From an uncultured bacterium (GTDB lineage: Bacteria; Verrucomicrobiota; Verrucomicrobiia; Verrucomicrobiales; DEV007), in NCBI GenBank assembly GCA_963977015.1, contig CAXBMO010000010.1, positions 64,001-128,000 on the forward strand: a stretch of 64,000 nt of DNA, written 5' to 3'. The translations under genes and the position numbers were made by a program. Every line of letters starts with the position of its first letter. The stretch's first letter is position 1. Positions 38,334 to 48,351 of this stretch are shown here, piece by piece. Under the pieces are notes generated by a model that was given only the letters and a program-made list of their open reading frames with translations, was not told where the DNA came from and searched no databases.

Positions 38334-39542
38334 CTATCTCAAGCGTTCGATCGCTTCGTCAACAATACGGGATCCAATACTGAGGGACGCCGTTGCTGCG
38401 GGTGAAGGGGCGTTACACACATTGATCACCCTTTCGTGCGGCAGAATCAGAAAGTCGTCAATCAAGCTTCCATCGTCGCCGATGGCTTGAGCGCGAACTC
38501 CGGCCGGGGCTGAACTGATTTGGTAGCTTTGGAGCTCCGGTAACAACCGCTGCAAGGCCTTGACAAAGGCGGCTTTGCTGAAACTGCGCCACATCTCCGA
38601 TAGCCCCATCTGCCAGTATTTCGATGCCATCCGGAGAAAGCCGGGATAGGTGAGGGTCTCCACGAGTTCCCCGGGGTTGATCGTTCGCTTCCGATAGCCT
38701 TCCCGGGCAAAGGCGAGCACGGCATTGGGGCCACACTCAACGCCGCCGCCAATCATGCGAGTGAAGTGGACTCCCAGAAACGGGAAACTGGGATCCGGAA
38801 CCGGGTAGATCAAATTGTTCACCAAACCGGATGCATCAGGATCGAGGTCAAAATACTCGCCCCGAAACGGAATAATCTTTGCCTTGGGATTGACCCCTGA
38901 CTTTCGCGCCATCACATCAGAATAAAGGCCCGCACAATTGATCGCGACTCTTGCCTCGAAGGTTCCCTGGTGAGTTTCTAGCACGACGCGATTGCCGTTT
39001 TGAGCGATATCTTCGACCTTCGCGTTGCCAACAAATTCGCCTCCCATTTCATGCACCCGCTGGGCCATGCGCTCGCAAACGGCCACATAGTCGACGATTC
39101 CAGCTTCGGGAACATGGATGGCTTCAATGCCTGCGGCATGGGGCTCCAACTCCTTCAGTCGAAACTTATCAATGAGCTCGCAACGCACTCCATTTTGCTG
39201 GCCGCGTTCGTAGATTGCCTTCAGTCGGCCGCGCTCTTCCTGATCCACTGCAACAATGACTTTGCCGCAAAGTTCAAAGGGGATCCCTTCCACTTCGCAG
39301 AAACGTTCCATCGCCGCTTTCCCATTTCGACAATTTGTCGCTTTGAGAGATCCGGGTTGGTAATAGATGCCGGAGTGGAGAACGCCGGAATTGTGCCCGG
39401 TCTGGTGGATGGCGAGCTTCGGCTCCTTTTCGACGACCGTGAGTGAATGGCCTGGGAGCGTCTTGAGAAGCTGATATGCTGTCGCAAGGCCGACAATGCC
39501 GCCGCCGATGATTACGACATCTTTATTTTTAACATTCCCCAC
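38334..39542 (-). CDS. lhgO: L-2-hydroxyglutarate oxidase
   Basis: IIGGGIVGLA, HQTGHNSGVLHSGIYY, PFRGEY, YPVPDPSFPFLGVHFT, NAPSPAATAS. Confidence 0.93.
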   Translation of the reverse strand: MGNVKNKDVVIIGGGIVGLATAYQLLKTLPGHSLTVVEKEPKLAIHQTGHNSGVLHSGIYYQPGSLKATNCRNGKAAMERFCEVEGIPFELCGKVIVAVDQEERGRLKAIYERGQQNGVRCELIDKFRLKELEPHAAGIEAIHVPEAGIVDYVAVCERMAQRVHEMGGEFVGNAKVEDIAQNGNRVVLETHQGTFEARVAINCAGLYSDVMARKSGVNPKAKIIPFRGEYFDLDPDASGLVNNLIYPVPDPSFPFLGVHFTRMIGGGVECGPNAVLAFAREGYRKRTINPGELVETLTYPGFLRMASKYWQMGLSEMWRSFSKAAFVKALQRLLPELQSYQISSAPAGVRAQAIGDDGSLIDDFLILPHERVINVCNAPSPAATASLSIGSRIVDEAIERLR

Positions 39543-39750
39543 AAGTAAGTCTAAGGCTAGGATGTTAGTTTGGCTAGAACCAAAATCTGAAGCGGAAAGG
39601 TGAACTTGGAACCCTGAAGCCGATTGCTTGCCAACGTAGAGGCTGATCGCGAAATTTTCGATTGATTCCGAAAGAAGGACTCTCTTCTCTTGACCGAACG
39701 CATGCTTAAAAGTTTAGGTAGGATTCATTTTTCAATATGGGACCAGCATT

Positions 39751-40170
39751 ATGAATCGCGTTACTCACTTCGAAATTCATGCAGAAGATCCAGAGCGAGC
39801 CATCGCTTTTTATGAAGCGGTTTACAATTGGCAGTTCGAAAAATGGGACAATTACGACTACTGGGAGATTCAGACGGGTGATGAGGATGATTACGGCATT
39901 GATGGGGGATTGGTGAAACGTCAGGGAAAGGCCTTTGGTAAGAACGTTATTTCCTTTGTGTCCACAATCGAGGTCGAGTCTGTTTCCGACACCTTGGACT
40001 TGGTCGAATTGCACGGCGGGAAAATCGCATCGCCGAAACGCGTGGTCCCCGGCGAAGGCTGGGTGGCCTATTTCAAAGATACCGAAGGAAATATTGCCGG
40101 GCTTTTTGAGCCTGATGAGGATGCTGCGGAAGAGCGTCTCCGTCCTGATGATGACGACGACGAGGATTGA
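39751..40170 (+). CDS. VOC/glyoxalase-family protein
   Basis: VTHFEIHAEDPERAIAFY, GIDGGL, YFKDTEGN; acidic tail. Confidence 0.9.
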   Translation: MNRVTHFEIHAEDPERAIAFYEAVYNWQFEKWDNYDYWEIQTGDEDDYGIDGGLVKRQGKAFGKNVISFVSTIEVESVSDTLDLVELHGGKIASPKRVVPGEGWVAYFKDTEGNIAGLFEPDEDAAEERLRPDDDDDED

Positions 40171-40185
40171 GGCGGAGCCGGTGTT

Positions 40186-41574
40186 TTAGCCGAGCCCCGC
40201 CAACGTTCCGGTGCTGTCGCCAAACTTCTTGAGATCAGCGCCCGCGTTGTGCGCGAGGCTAACGAGCAAGTTGCACATTGGAGTATTTTCGGGAGCGCGG
40301 ACGCGCCTGCCGCTCCGGAGCTGTCCCTTCGCCCCGCCTGCAACGATGAGAGGGAGATCATGCGGATCGTGGCGGTTTCCATCTTTGAGCGAAGACCCAA
40401 AAAGGATCTGGCTGTTGTCGAGCAAGGACGAGCCACCTTCATCCAGCGAGCGCATCCGATTAAGGAGATAGGCAAATTGGCTCACATGCCAGGTTCCGAT
40501 TTTCTCATACTCCTCCTTCAATTCAGGTTCGTTCCGATGATGAGAAAGGCCGTGGAAACTCTTCTTTCGAACGCCCGGAATGAAGTCGAATTGGCGTCCG
40601 GTCTGTGCGTTTCCGAACATGAAACTACCGATCCGGGTGGTATCGGTCCAGAAGGCCAGCACCATGATCTCAAGCATCAGTTTCACATGCTCTTCATGAT
40701 CGTCCGGCGTGTCCGGGGCCGGGCGCGCCATTTTCAATTGCTTCGCGTTGACCCATCGTGGTTGAGGTTTCATCGCTCGTTCAATGCGCTGCTCCACCGA
40801 TCGAACGCTTTCCAGATATTCGTCCAACTTGGTTTGATCGTGTTTGCTGATTCGGCGTTGTAGGGATTTGGCGTCCTCCAGAACGAGGTCCAGGATGCTG
40901 GAGTCGTCGCGCTGCAATGAATGGCGGACAGCCGGAGAATCGGGCCCCATTCCCGGCACTTCAGGAAACGTGTTTTTGCTCCGGAAAAGGCGATCGAAGG
41001 CCTGCTGGGGCGAAATCTCTTTTTGAACCGGGGTGTGGGGATCTTTCCACGAGATGTGAGAACCAAGAATTCTCGGGAATCCTCCTCCAACGTTGTCGAT
41101 TCCCGAACTCGCGGCATCAACGCCAAGCTCAATGCTTGGGAGCGCCGTCCGGTGACCTATTTGCCGGGCGAGGAGCTGGTCGATAGAGGTTCCCCCCGTG
41201 TCGAGATCAGCCCCCGAGCCGCGTTCAACGTAGCCGCCCGAGAGCCAGGCCGGAACTTTGGGCCAGTGGCCATTGCGTCCGACCGTTTCGCGATGCCAGA
41301 GGTTTTCGAGCAGCAGAAATTCCTGTTTCAGGTTTTCGAGAGGCTTGAGCATCGGTGTGGTCTGCCAATTTTCAGGCTCTCCTTCAATATCCGCCGGTGT
41401 CCAATGCTCGGGAACCACCCCGTTGGGGAAAAAGAGAAAGGCAGAGCGAAGTGGCGGTTCGGAAAGTTTCAGGTTCCTGGTCGGGCCTGAAGCTCCAAAA
41501 GACTCCATCCACGGCAACGCCAGCGTGGCTCCAAGACCTCTCAACAGATTACGGCGTGTGGTTTTTTGGTTCAT
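40186..41574 (-). CDS. DUF1552 protein
   Basis: TRRNLLRGLGATLALPWMES, FFPNGV, KLDEYLESVRSVEQRI, LAFWTDTTR, DGNRH. Confidence 0.92.
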   Translation of the reverse strand: MNQKTTRRNLLRGLGATLALPWMESFGASGPTRNLKLSEPPLRSAFLFFPNGVVPEHWTPADIEGEPENWQTTPMLKPLENLKQEFLLLENLWHRETVGRNGHWPKVPAWLSGGYVERGSGADLDTGGTSIDQLLARQIGHRTALPSIELGVDAASSGIDNVGGGFPRILGSHISWKDPHTPVQKEISPQQAFDRLFRSKNTFPEVPGMGPDSPAVRHSLQRDDSSILDLVLEDAKSLQRRISKHDQTKLDEYLESVRSVEQRIERAMKPQPRWVNAKQLKMARPAPDTPDDHEEHVKLMLEIMVLAFWTDTTRIGSFMFGNAQTGRQFDFIPGVRKKSFHGLSHHRNEPELKEEYEKIGTWHVSQFAYLLNRMRSLDEGGSSLLDNSQILFGSSLKDGNRHDPHDLPLIVAGGAKGQLRSGRRVRAPENTPMCNLLVSLAHNAGADLKKFGDSTGTLAGLG

Positions 41575-41587
41575 GGCAGGGGAAAAT

Positions 41588-43837
41588 CTAATTTGGCAGC
41601 ACAGTCGTGGGCAATTGCTGATTTCGAAATGGGACACTCAGAACGATCTCTTCGATCAATGTTTGGGTGCCGAATTCATTCTCTTCCAGCGCCTGGGCCA
41701 ACTTTTCGATGCTTCCATCGTCCCGGTCCTCGAGGCTCCGACCGATGGCGTAGCCGAGAAGCTTGCGGCTGATATTGCGAACAATTTCTTCCTTGTGAGC
41801 CCGGATGAGAACTTTTTTGAGCTCTGCCGGCCCGTTGAACGACTCTCCCGATGGCAGCCGACCGGTTGTATCGATCGGCTTTTTCAGCTCCTCGGTGCGC
41901 CAGCGTCCCACCCAGTCAAAATTCTGGAGCCCGAAGCCAATGGGATCAATGATCTGATGGCACGCCATGCAGGAGCTGTGATCGCGGTGTTTCTGGAGTT
42001 TTTGTCGATCCGTGAGTTTGCGTTTTTTCCCGGTTTCAGGATCAATTTCGCTTTCGGGAAGTGGAGGGACATCTGCGGGTGGGGGAGGGACCGGGGAACC
42101 GATGATGGTGTCAAAAACCCAGGCGCCTCGTAAAACCGGGCTGGTTTTCTTGTGGTGGGATGTGAGTGCGAGGACCGCGCCCATTCCCAGGATGCCACCG
42201 CGTTGTTGCCCGGGATTTTCCACCCGTTGAAACGAGGTCTTCTTGAGATCGTCCGCGTTGTTCAATTCGTAAAACGTCGCGAGGCGTCCAGTGATGAACG
42301 TGTAATTGGAGTCGATCAGTTCGAAAAGGTTCCGATTCTCACGAGCCAGATAGGCAAAGTACTCCACCGCCTCCTGGCGCATGTCAGAAGCAATTTGAGG
42401 AGTGTAGAACTCCTGAACATCGTTTGCGGTCGGTGCGACGCGACCCCCGACATCCTTGGTGCCAAGCCATTGCCCGATGAAGGATTCGAAGAACCCCATC
42501 GCTCGTTCATCGGCCAGCATTCGACGAACTTCGCTGCGCAAGGCGCCCTCTGAGTCCAACTTTCCCGCATCAGCCAATGTTCGAAGTTGTTCGTCGGGCA
42601 TTCGCGACCACAAAAAGTAGCTCAGCCGGTTGGCAATTTCTGGTTGAGTAAGTCTGTTGATCCCAGCGGTTTGAGGTGGATTTTCAATCCGAAACAAAAA
42701 ATCGGGGGAAACGAGAACGCCGCGAATCGCCAGCTTCATCGCTTCCTCATAAGGATCACCCCGGTCCAGGGCACGATCGACAAGTGGCATAAACTGCTGA
42801 ATTTCGGCTGCGTCTACCGGACGTCGAAAGGCAAGTGGCACCAAGATGGAGAGCCGATGTTCAGCGAGTTCTCTGGGATTGTCAGGCTGTTGACCTGGTT
42901 TGAGACCGAGGAGGCGAACGTGGTTGGTGATTTGTCTTTCCGTGGGATTTTTCGGAGCAAATTGCCTGATGGACAGCGATTCGAGGTTCATCCCCTGAAG
43001 GGAGAGTGCGTGAACTCCGCGAGACAGTTTGATGTCGAATTCTTCCCGGATGATGCCTTCGTTGGCGGTTGGTGAGAATTCGTGAACGGTGAGATTGTCG
43101 ACCTTGAAGGTCGCCGTTTGCGAATCACCCGGCTGCCCTTCCAAGACAACTCGATACCCGGATTCGACATAAATGGGCACCAGAGCTAGGGATTCCTTCT
43201 CATGTGAAGACAATTGCGCTTTGCGGATGACCCTGGAAAGCCGAGGCGATAGGATGACCGCATCGACAACCTCCTGCGCGCTTTCCAGGTAACGTTCCAG
43301 CATCATGGGAGGCAAGAACAGCGACTCGCCGTTGTTGTTGAACCCCTCACCGGTTCCGCTTTCCAAGGGGAATCGTTCCGAAAACTTGAGATCAACCCCG
43401 AAAAGATCCTGAATGGTGAGATCGTATTCCAGGCGATTCAGTCGCCGTGCCATAACTTGCCCGGCAAACGGAGGCATTTGCCGGGCCGTTACCCTCAGGT
43501 GATCGTTGATCCAGGAAACGACGAATTTTCGGTCTTCGTCGCTTGGTTGTGCCTTGTCTGGTGGCGGCATTGTTTGGTTTTGGAGTTGAGCCGCGACGCT
43601 CCTCCAAATGGCCCGCATCTTTTGGATATCGGAAACGCTGCCAACATCCAGAAAGGGAACGCCTCCCTTGGACATTTCAGGTTCATGGCAATCGATACAG
43701 GAATCTTCGAGCATCGGGAGCACCCGACTCTCGAAGATCGGATCAGCCTGGAGATTCGTGATGAGAATCCCAGAAGCTACCAGGTGAGTGATGAGGATGA
43801 AGGCAGGGCGTTGCAACGATCCATACACCTGAATCAT
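41588..43837 (-). CDS. Cytochrome c / DUF1592-DUF1588-DUF1585-type protein
   Basis: CIDCH and CMACH; RRLNRLEY; NRLSYFLWSRMPD; TSPVLRGAWV; IDPIGFGLQNFD. Confidence 0.9.
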   Translation of the reverse strand: MIQVYGSLQRPAFILITHLVASGILITNLQADPIFESRVLPMLEDSCIDCHEPEMSKGGVPFLDVGSVSDIQKMRAIWRSVAAQLQNQTMPPPDKAQPSDEDRKFVVSWINDHLRVTARQMPPFAGQVMARRLNRLEYDLTIQDLFGVDLKFSERFPLESGTGEGFNNNGESLFLPPMMLERYLESAQEVVDAVILSPRLSRVIRKAQLSSHEKESLALVPIYVESGYRVVLEGQPGDSQTATFKVDNLTVHEFSPTANEGIIREEFDIKLSRGVHALSLQGMNLESLSIRQFAPKNPTERQITNHVRLLGLKPGQQPDNPRELAEHRLSILVPLAFRRPVDAAEIQQFMPLVDRALDRGDPYEEAMKLAIRGVLVSPDFLFRIENPPQTAGINRLTQPEIANRLSYFLWSRMPDEQLRTLADAGKLDSEGALRSEVRRMLADERAMGFFESFIGQWLGTKDVGGRVAPTANDVQEFYTPQIASDMRQEAVEYFAYLARENRNLFELIDSNYTFITGRLATFYELNNADDLKKTSFQRVENPGQQRGGILGMGAVLALTSHHKKTSPVLRGAWVFDTIIGSPVPPPPADVPPLPESEIDPETGKKRKLTDRQKLQKHRDHSSCMACHQIIDPIGFGLQNFDWVGRWRTEELKKPIDTTGRLPSGESFNGPAELKKVLIRAHKEEIVRNISRKLLGYAIGRSLEDRDDGSIEKLAQALEENEFGTQTLIEEIVLSVPFRNQQLPTTVLPN

Positions 43838-43882
43838 CTTCAAAGTCTTACGATCGAAATGGACGGCGATGACGACCGAACC

Positions 43883-44083
43883 CTAACCTCCTGCCGCAAT
43901 CCTCAGAAGTTCGATCCGATCACCGTCTCGAACCGTGGATTTCGAAAACTCCCGTTCAAAGAGGGCGGTTCCGTTGTGTTCCACCAAGACGGGATAGTTG
44001 ATGCCGAGGATCTTGAGCAGTTGATCGATAGTGAGCGTCTGCTCCTCAAGAATTTGTTGGTTTCCATTAATTGAGACGGTCAT
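43883..44083 (-). CDS. thiS: Sulfur carrier protein ThiS
   Basis: 66 aa; VSING, VEHNG, DGDRIE; C-terminal GG. Confidence 0.9.
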   Translation of the reverse strand: MTVSINGNQQILEEQTLTIDQLLKILGINYPVLVEHNGTALFEREFSKSTVRDGDRIELLRIAAGG

Positions 44084-44245
44084 TGGCGGCGCTGTTACTA
44101 CTGGCAAAGAGACGCTTTGCTGAAATGCATTCGCTCTCGATCGCCATCATCCACATCAATTTGGACGGATCAATTCGGAGAGGTTTATTTTTGTTGCCAA
44201 AGCTGAGGGACGTTGTAAGGCTAGGGCAAATTTAGCAGCAACTTT

Positions 44246-44488
44246 ATGTCAGAGATCAAAGACAAGGTAAAAGACATCATCGTCGAACAATTGGGCGTCA
44301 ATGCAGAGCAAGTGACCCCTGAGGCAAAATTTATCGAGGATCTGGGAGCAGATTCTTTGGATACGGTGGAACTGGTGATGGCTTTTGAAGAAGAATTTAA
44401 CATTGAGGTTCCCGATGAGGACGCCGAAAAGCTCACCACAGTAGGAGACGTTTACGATTACGTTGAAAAGCGCAAATCTGACGGTTAA
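44246..44488 (+). CDS. acpP: Acyl carrier protein
   Basis: [20 protein letters not shown]. Confidence 0.98.
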   Translation: MSEIKDKVKDIIVEQLGVNAEQVTPEAKFIEDLGADSLDTVELVMAFEEEFNIEVPDEDAEKLTTVGDVYDYVEKRKSDG

Positions 44489-44520
44489 CCCCGGCTTTTT
44501 TGCTTGCCACCAAATTTTGT

Positions 44521-44556
44521 GAAACGGTTCCCAATAATGGGGGCCGTTTTCGTTTT
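44521..44556 (+). terminator. Intrinsic terminator after acpP
   Basis: AAACGGTTCCCA-ATAA-TGGGGGCCGTTT stem with G-U pairs, then TCGTTTT. Confidence 0.6.
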
Positions 44557-44624
44557 CACGCCTCGCATACTGGTAAATAGTGCTGGCGGAGGAAACTCGT
44601 TTCCCTTAGCCTGCGCCTGAAATT

Positions 44625-45149
44625 ATGTATTCGGAGGACGACATTCATTACGCCTTTGAGACGACTCGGGTTCTCTATGAGCCCGACCGTATGATCGACA
44701 CCTTCGGCTCGACGAGTTTCGAATTTACCTTGATCACCGAATTGATGGATGCGGTCAGCCAGGTAAGGGTGCGCGAAGGGCGTATCAATGCCGAAAGACC
44801 CACGATCCTAAGGCCCGAAGACTCCGCCGACTTCAGTTTTGAAGGCTTTGGTGAGCAGGCTCAGGCGTTCAGTGAGTGGCTTTCGGCGCATGCCAACGAA
44901 TTCGCGTTTCTCAAGTATGGCTTTAATTTCAGTCGCACGGATATCTCAGAAAGCGTGGTTCACGATTCGATCGAGGTCGTTTCGGATCGGGTGATCACCA
45001 ACGCCAAAGAGATGGGAAATCCTCTCACCGCCGTGATCGCCGGGATTGACGAAGCTTGGGAGATTTGTTTACTACGGTTCACTCTCCAAATGATTGAAAA
45101 GTCTCAGGAAGTGAACAAGTTTGATTTCCGACGTAGAGGCTTGCTCTAG
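44625..45149 (+). CDS. Hypothetical protein
   Basis: Clean 174-aa ORF in operon-like arrangement with downstream genes. Confidence 0.75.
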   Translation: MYSEDDIHYAFETTRVLYEPDRMIDTFGSTSFEFTLITELMDAVSQVRVREGRINAERPTILRPEDSADFSFEGFGEQAQAFSEWLSAHANEFAFLKYGFNFSRTDISESVVHDSIEVVSDRVITNAKEMGNPLTAVIAGIDEAWEICLLRFTLQMIEKSQEVNKFDFRRRGLL

Positions 45150-45153
45150 GAAA

Positions 45154-46083
45154 ATGGCTGCCCACAACCAACTCAAGATTCTGTCCGGGGTTATCGCTTT
45201 GATCATCCTCGGAGGTGCCGTTGTCCTGATGGCCTACTATTGGGAGAAGGTATTGCGACCGGAAAAGGTAGCGATCCAAAAAGTGGAGGCAGTGAAGGTG
45301 GGGGACATCGTTGCTCCTCCACCAGATCCTGGTTTGAAGCCGTTTGAAGCTGCGGTTCAACATATCAAAGCGGAAGAGTGGGAGCAGGCGAGATCGCAGC
45401 TGTATTATTTGATGCGGTATTACCCGGATTCCTCAAAGTACGAAGAATCCAAGCGGATTTTGGGCGAGATCAACGCGGATTTGCTGTTGTCCAGTTCACC
45501 GATGCCTGGGAAGATCCAGCACACGGTTCGCTCCGGCGACTATTTTACGGTTCTGCAGAAAAAGTATAGCACCACGATCGATTTCATCCTGCGGGCGAAC
45601 AGCAGGACAACGCATTTTGTTCGAATTGGAGACAAGCTCTGGGTAATGCCGCTTTATTTTGCGATGGATGCGGATTTGCAGAATCGAAAGCTGACGGTCT
45701 ACCGTGTCGAAGAAGTGACTCCAGAGGTGGCTGCCGTGGGCGGAACGGAGGCTGCCGCGCCGGAAAAACAAGAGGTGTTTTTCAAAGAATACAGCATTGT
45801 TGATGTGAACCTTCCTCCTACCGTTTCCGTTCCTTATTCCACGAAAGTCAACAGCAAGCCCGCATGGCTGGGGAACAAGAGGGCAAGTTTCGAACAGGCT
45901 GAGTATCATCTTGCGCAAAAATGGCTCCAGACGAGCAAAGTTGGAGTTGCGATCAAGGCTGCGCCGGAGGATATCGAGAATGCAACCGAAGATCGGAAAA
46001 TGGGGATCCTGATGAGCCCTTCCGATATGAGCGAGTTGTTTACCTATGTTCGAGTGGGAGCGCCCCTGCGTCTCACGAACTAA
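45154..46083 (+). CDS. Membrane-anchored TPR-like + LysM + degenerate YkuD (L,D-transpeptidase-like) protein
   Basis: N-terminal TM; HTVRSGD...ILRAN...VRIGDKLWV (LysM); C-terminal DMSELFTYVRVGAPL. Confidence 0.75.
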   Translation: MAAHNQLKILSGVIALIILGGAVVLMAYYWEKVLRPEKVAIQKVEAVKVGDIVAPPPDPGLKPFEAAVQHIKAEEWEQARSQLYYLMRYYPDSSKYEESKRILGEINADLLLSSSPMPGKIQHTVRSGDYFTVLQKKYSTTIDFILRANSRTTHFVRIGDKLWVMPLYFAMDADLQNRKLTVYRVEEVTPEVAAVGGTEAAAPEKQEVFFKEYSIVDVNLPPTVSVPYSTKVNSKPAWLGNKRASFEQAEYHLAQKWLQTSKVGVAIKAAPEDIENATEDRKMGILMSPSDMSELFTYVRVGAPLRLTN

Positions 46084-46100
46084 AACCAGCATTTCCCGTC

Positions 46101-47063
46101 ATGGATGTAGAACCTTTGGAATTTGAGAAGCCGATTTTTGAGATTAAGCGCCAATTGGACACCTTGCGGCGTCAGTCTTCTGGACAGCAGAATTTGGAGA
46201 TGGAGCCTGAAATCGAGAAGATGGAAGAAAAGCTCGAGCTGACTCGGAAAGAAGTTTACCAAAATTTGACCGCATGGCAGCGGGTTCAGATCGCTCGCCA
46301 CCCAAAGCGTCCATTCATGCTCGATTACGTGGGGCGATGCTTTCATAACTTTCTCGAGCTTCATGGCGATCGTCATATCGGTGATGATGCGGCGATGCCG
46401 TCAGGATTTGCGACGATTGGGAACCACAAATGCGTGGTGACGGGTCACCAGAAGGGGCGCAATACGAAGGAAAACCTTCACCGAAACTTTGGCAGCGCCC
46501 ATCCGGAAGGATATCGCAAAGCGCTTCGCTTGATGAAGATGGGAGAGAAGTTCAGAAACCCGGTGGTCTCGTTGATCGATACCCCCGGAGCTTTCCCGGG
46601 AATTGGCGCGGAAGAACGAAACATCGCTGAAGCGATTGCCTTCAACTTGCGTGAAATGGCGGTTTTGCGAACCCCCATTATCGCGGTGATAATTGGAGAA
46701 GGTGGATCTGGTGGTGCCTTGGGAATCGGAATTGCCGACCGTGTCCTGATGCTTGAAAACGCCTACTACTCGGTCATCAGTCCGGAAGGTTGCGCGGCGA
46801 TTCTTTGGAAGGACCGCAAGCATGCTCCCGAGGCCGCTGCAGCTCTCCGCTTAACGGCAACCGATCTCAAGGAGTTGGGAATTGTTGATCGTGTCGTGCC
46901 CGAGCCGTCTGGAGGCGCCCAATATGATCACGAAGAGATTGCCAAAACTCTGAAGGGCATTCTGACGGAAGAGCTGGATCAGCTCACTCAAAAGCCGATC
47001 GACGAATTGCTTGATACCCGCTACGAAAGATTGCGTTCCTACGGTCGGTTGACCGAGAATTAA
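46101..47063 (+). CDS. accA: Acetyl-CoA carboxylase carboxyltransferase alpha subunit
   Basis: LEFEKPI, ARHPKRP, PEGYRKALR, DTPGAFPG, GEGGSGGAL, YSVISPEGCAAILW. Confidence 0.97.
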   Translation: MDVEPLEFEKPIFEIKRQLDTLRRQSSGQQNLEMEPEIEKMEEKLELTRKEVYQNLTAWQRVQIARHPKRPFMLDYVGRCFHNFLELHGDRHIGDDAAMPSGFATIGNHKCVVTGHQKGRNTKENLHRNFGSAHPEGYRKALRLMKMGEKFRNPVVSLIDTPGAFPGIGAEERNIAEAIAFNLREMAVLRTPIIAVIIGEGGSGGALGIGIADRVLMLENAYYSVISPEGCAAILWKDRKHAPEAAAALRLTATDLKELGIVDRVVPEPSGGAQYDHEEIAKTLKGILTEELDQLTQKPIDELLDTRYERLRSYGRLTEN

Positions 47064-47812
47064 GACGCCCGAACCGACTGGATATACGCTTCGGCGGCTT
47101 GCTTCAAGGAATCGGCTACGTTTGCTCGTTGATGGGCAAATGGTGGGGTAAACCACGGGAAAAAGCCGATCAAATCGTGGATCACCGCAATCTCGCCGTT
47201 GCAGTCGTTACCAGCGCCAATTCCAATGGTGGGAACGCTTAGTTCGCGGGTAATTTCGCGCGCGACTTCAGGAACGATGCTCTCCAGCACAATTGCAATC
47301 GCGCCGGCTTCCTCCAGGAGCTGTGCATCGTTCAGGAGGTAGTCGGCTTCCATGCTGGTTTTGCCCCACTTCTTGTAGCCGTTCACCTCCTTTACGCTTT
47401 GCGGAAGCATGCCGATGTGACCGACGAAGGGAATCGACTCCGCGACAATCGCCTTGACTTGCTCGATCACCGCTTCTCCCCCTTCCAACTTCACCGCTTC
47501 GGCTCCAGCGGCGATCAAACGCTTGGAATTCTCGATCGCCTGGTGGGGAGTCTCGTAGGTATGGTAGGGCAAATCACTGACGAGAAGTGCATTCTTAACA
47601 CCGCGGGCTACCACTTCAGTGTGATAGAGCATTTGATCCAGAGTGACCGAAGTGGTGTCCTCACATCCGGCAAATACCATGCCGAGGGAATCGCCTACCA
47701 GGATGAGATCGACGCCCGATTCGTCCAGGATTCGCGCGGTTGGGTAATCGTAGGCGGTGAGCGCTGCAATCCGGCCTTTCTGCAGCTTATCGATCTTCTC
47801 TTGGAGGCTCAT
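47060..47812 (-). CDS. panB: 3-methyl-2-oxobutanoate hydroxymethyltransferase
   Basis: LTAYDY, LVGDSLGM, VKLEGG, GHIGMLPQ, PTIGIGAG. Confidence 0.97.
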   Translation of the reverse strand: MSLQEKIDKLQKGRIAALTAYDYPTARILDESGVDLILVGDSLGMVFAGCEDTTSVTLDQMLYHTEVVARGVKNALLVSDLPYHTYETPHQAIENSKRLIAAGAEAVKLEGGEAVIEQVKAIVAESIPFVGHIGMLPQSVKEVNGYKKWGKTSMEADYLLNDAQLLEEAGAIAIVLESIVPEVAREITRELSVPTIGIGAGNDCNGEIAVIHDLIGFFPWFTPPFAHQRANVADSLKQAAEAYIQSVRAS

Positions 47813-47813
47813 A

Positions 47814-48311
47814 TCACCACTCGCTTTGAATTTTTACCGGCGCAAATTCCTCGTCTGGCATCACCTGAAGCAAACACTGAATCGTTGGAAGACCGGGAAG
47901 TTCCAACTCTGGCCGGATTTCGGCAAGCGGTTGCAATACGAAACTGCGCTCGTGAAGGCTGGGATGGGGAATTTTCAGGACCGCGGTTTCGACCGATTCC
48001 TGGCCCATGTAAAGAATGTCGATGTCGAGCTCTCGAGGCGCATTGGTGGTTTCGCTGGGAACCCGGCCTGCTGCGGCTTCGATCGACTGGGTAATCATGA
48101 GCAACTGCTCCGGGGAGAGGTCGGTTTGAAGCTCAATCACGGTGTTGTAAAAGGTCGACGAGCCCGGGGGACAATCGACCGGCTGCGTTTCGTAAAGGCT
48201 TGAGCAGAGGGGCTCGGGATCTTCGAGTCGATCGCACAATTCCTTGCGGCCCAGCTGAAGATTCGCCAAGCGGTCGCCAAGATTGGAGCCGAGAGCAAAG
48301 CCGACTCGCAT
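47814..48311 (-). CDS. folK: 2-amino-4-hydroxy-6-hydroxymethyldihydropteridine pyrophosphokinase
   Basis: ALGSNLGDR, SSLYET, PRELDIDIL, IPHP, ERSFVLQPLAEI. Confidence 0.96.
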   Translation of the reverse strand: MRVGFALGSNLGDRLANLQLGRKELCDRLEDPEPLCSSLYETQPVDCPPGSSTFYNTVIELQTDLSPEQLLMITQSIEAAAGRVPSETTNAPRELDIDILYMGQESVETAVLKIPHPSLHERSFVLQPLAEIRPELELPGLPTIQCLLQVMPDEEFAPVKIQSEW

Positions 48312-48351
48312 AGGTCAGGTTCCCATGATTAAAGTTATTATTTCAAGCTCC

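Noticed and set aside
40144-40167. GAT/GAC trinucleotide run
   Set aside because: Encodes the acidic tail of the VOC protein; not a separate repeat element.
44084-44245. TPP riboswitch upstream of thiS
   Set aside because: Conserved CUGAGA and ACCUGA-type aptamer elements not found on the thiS strand.
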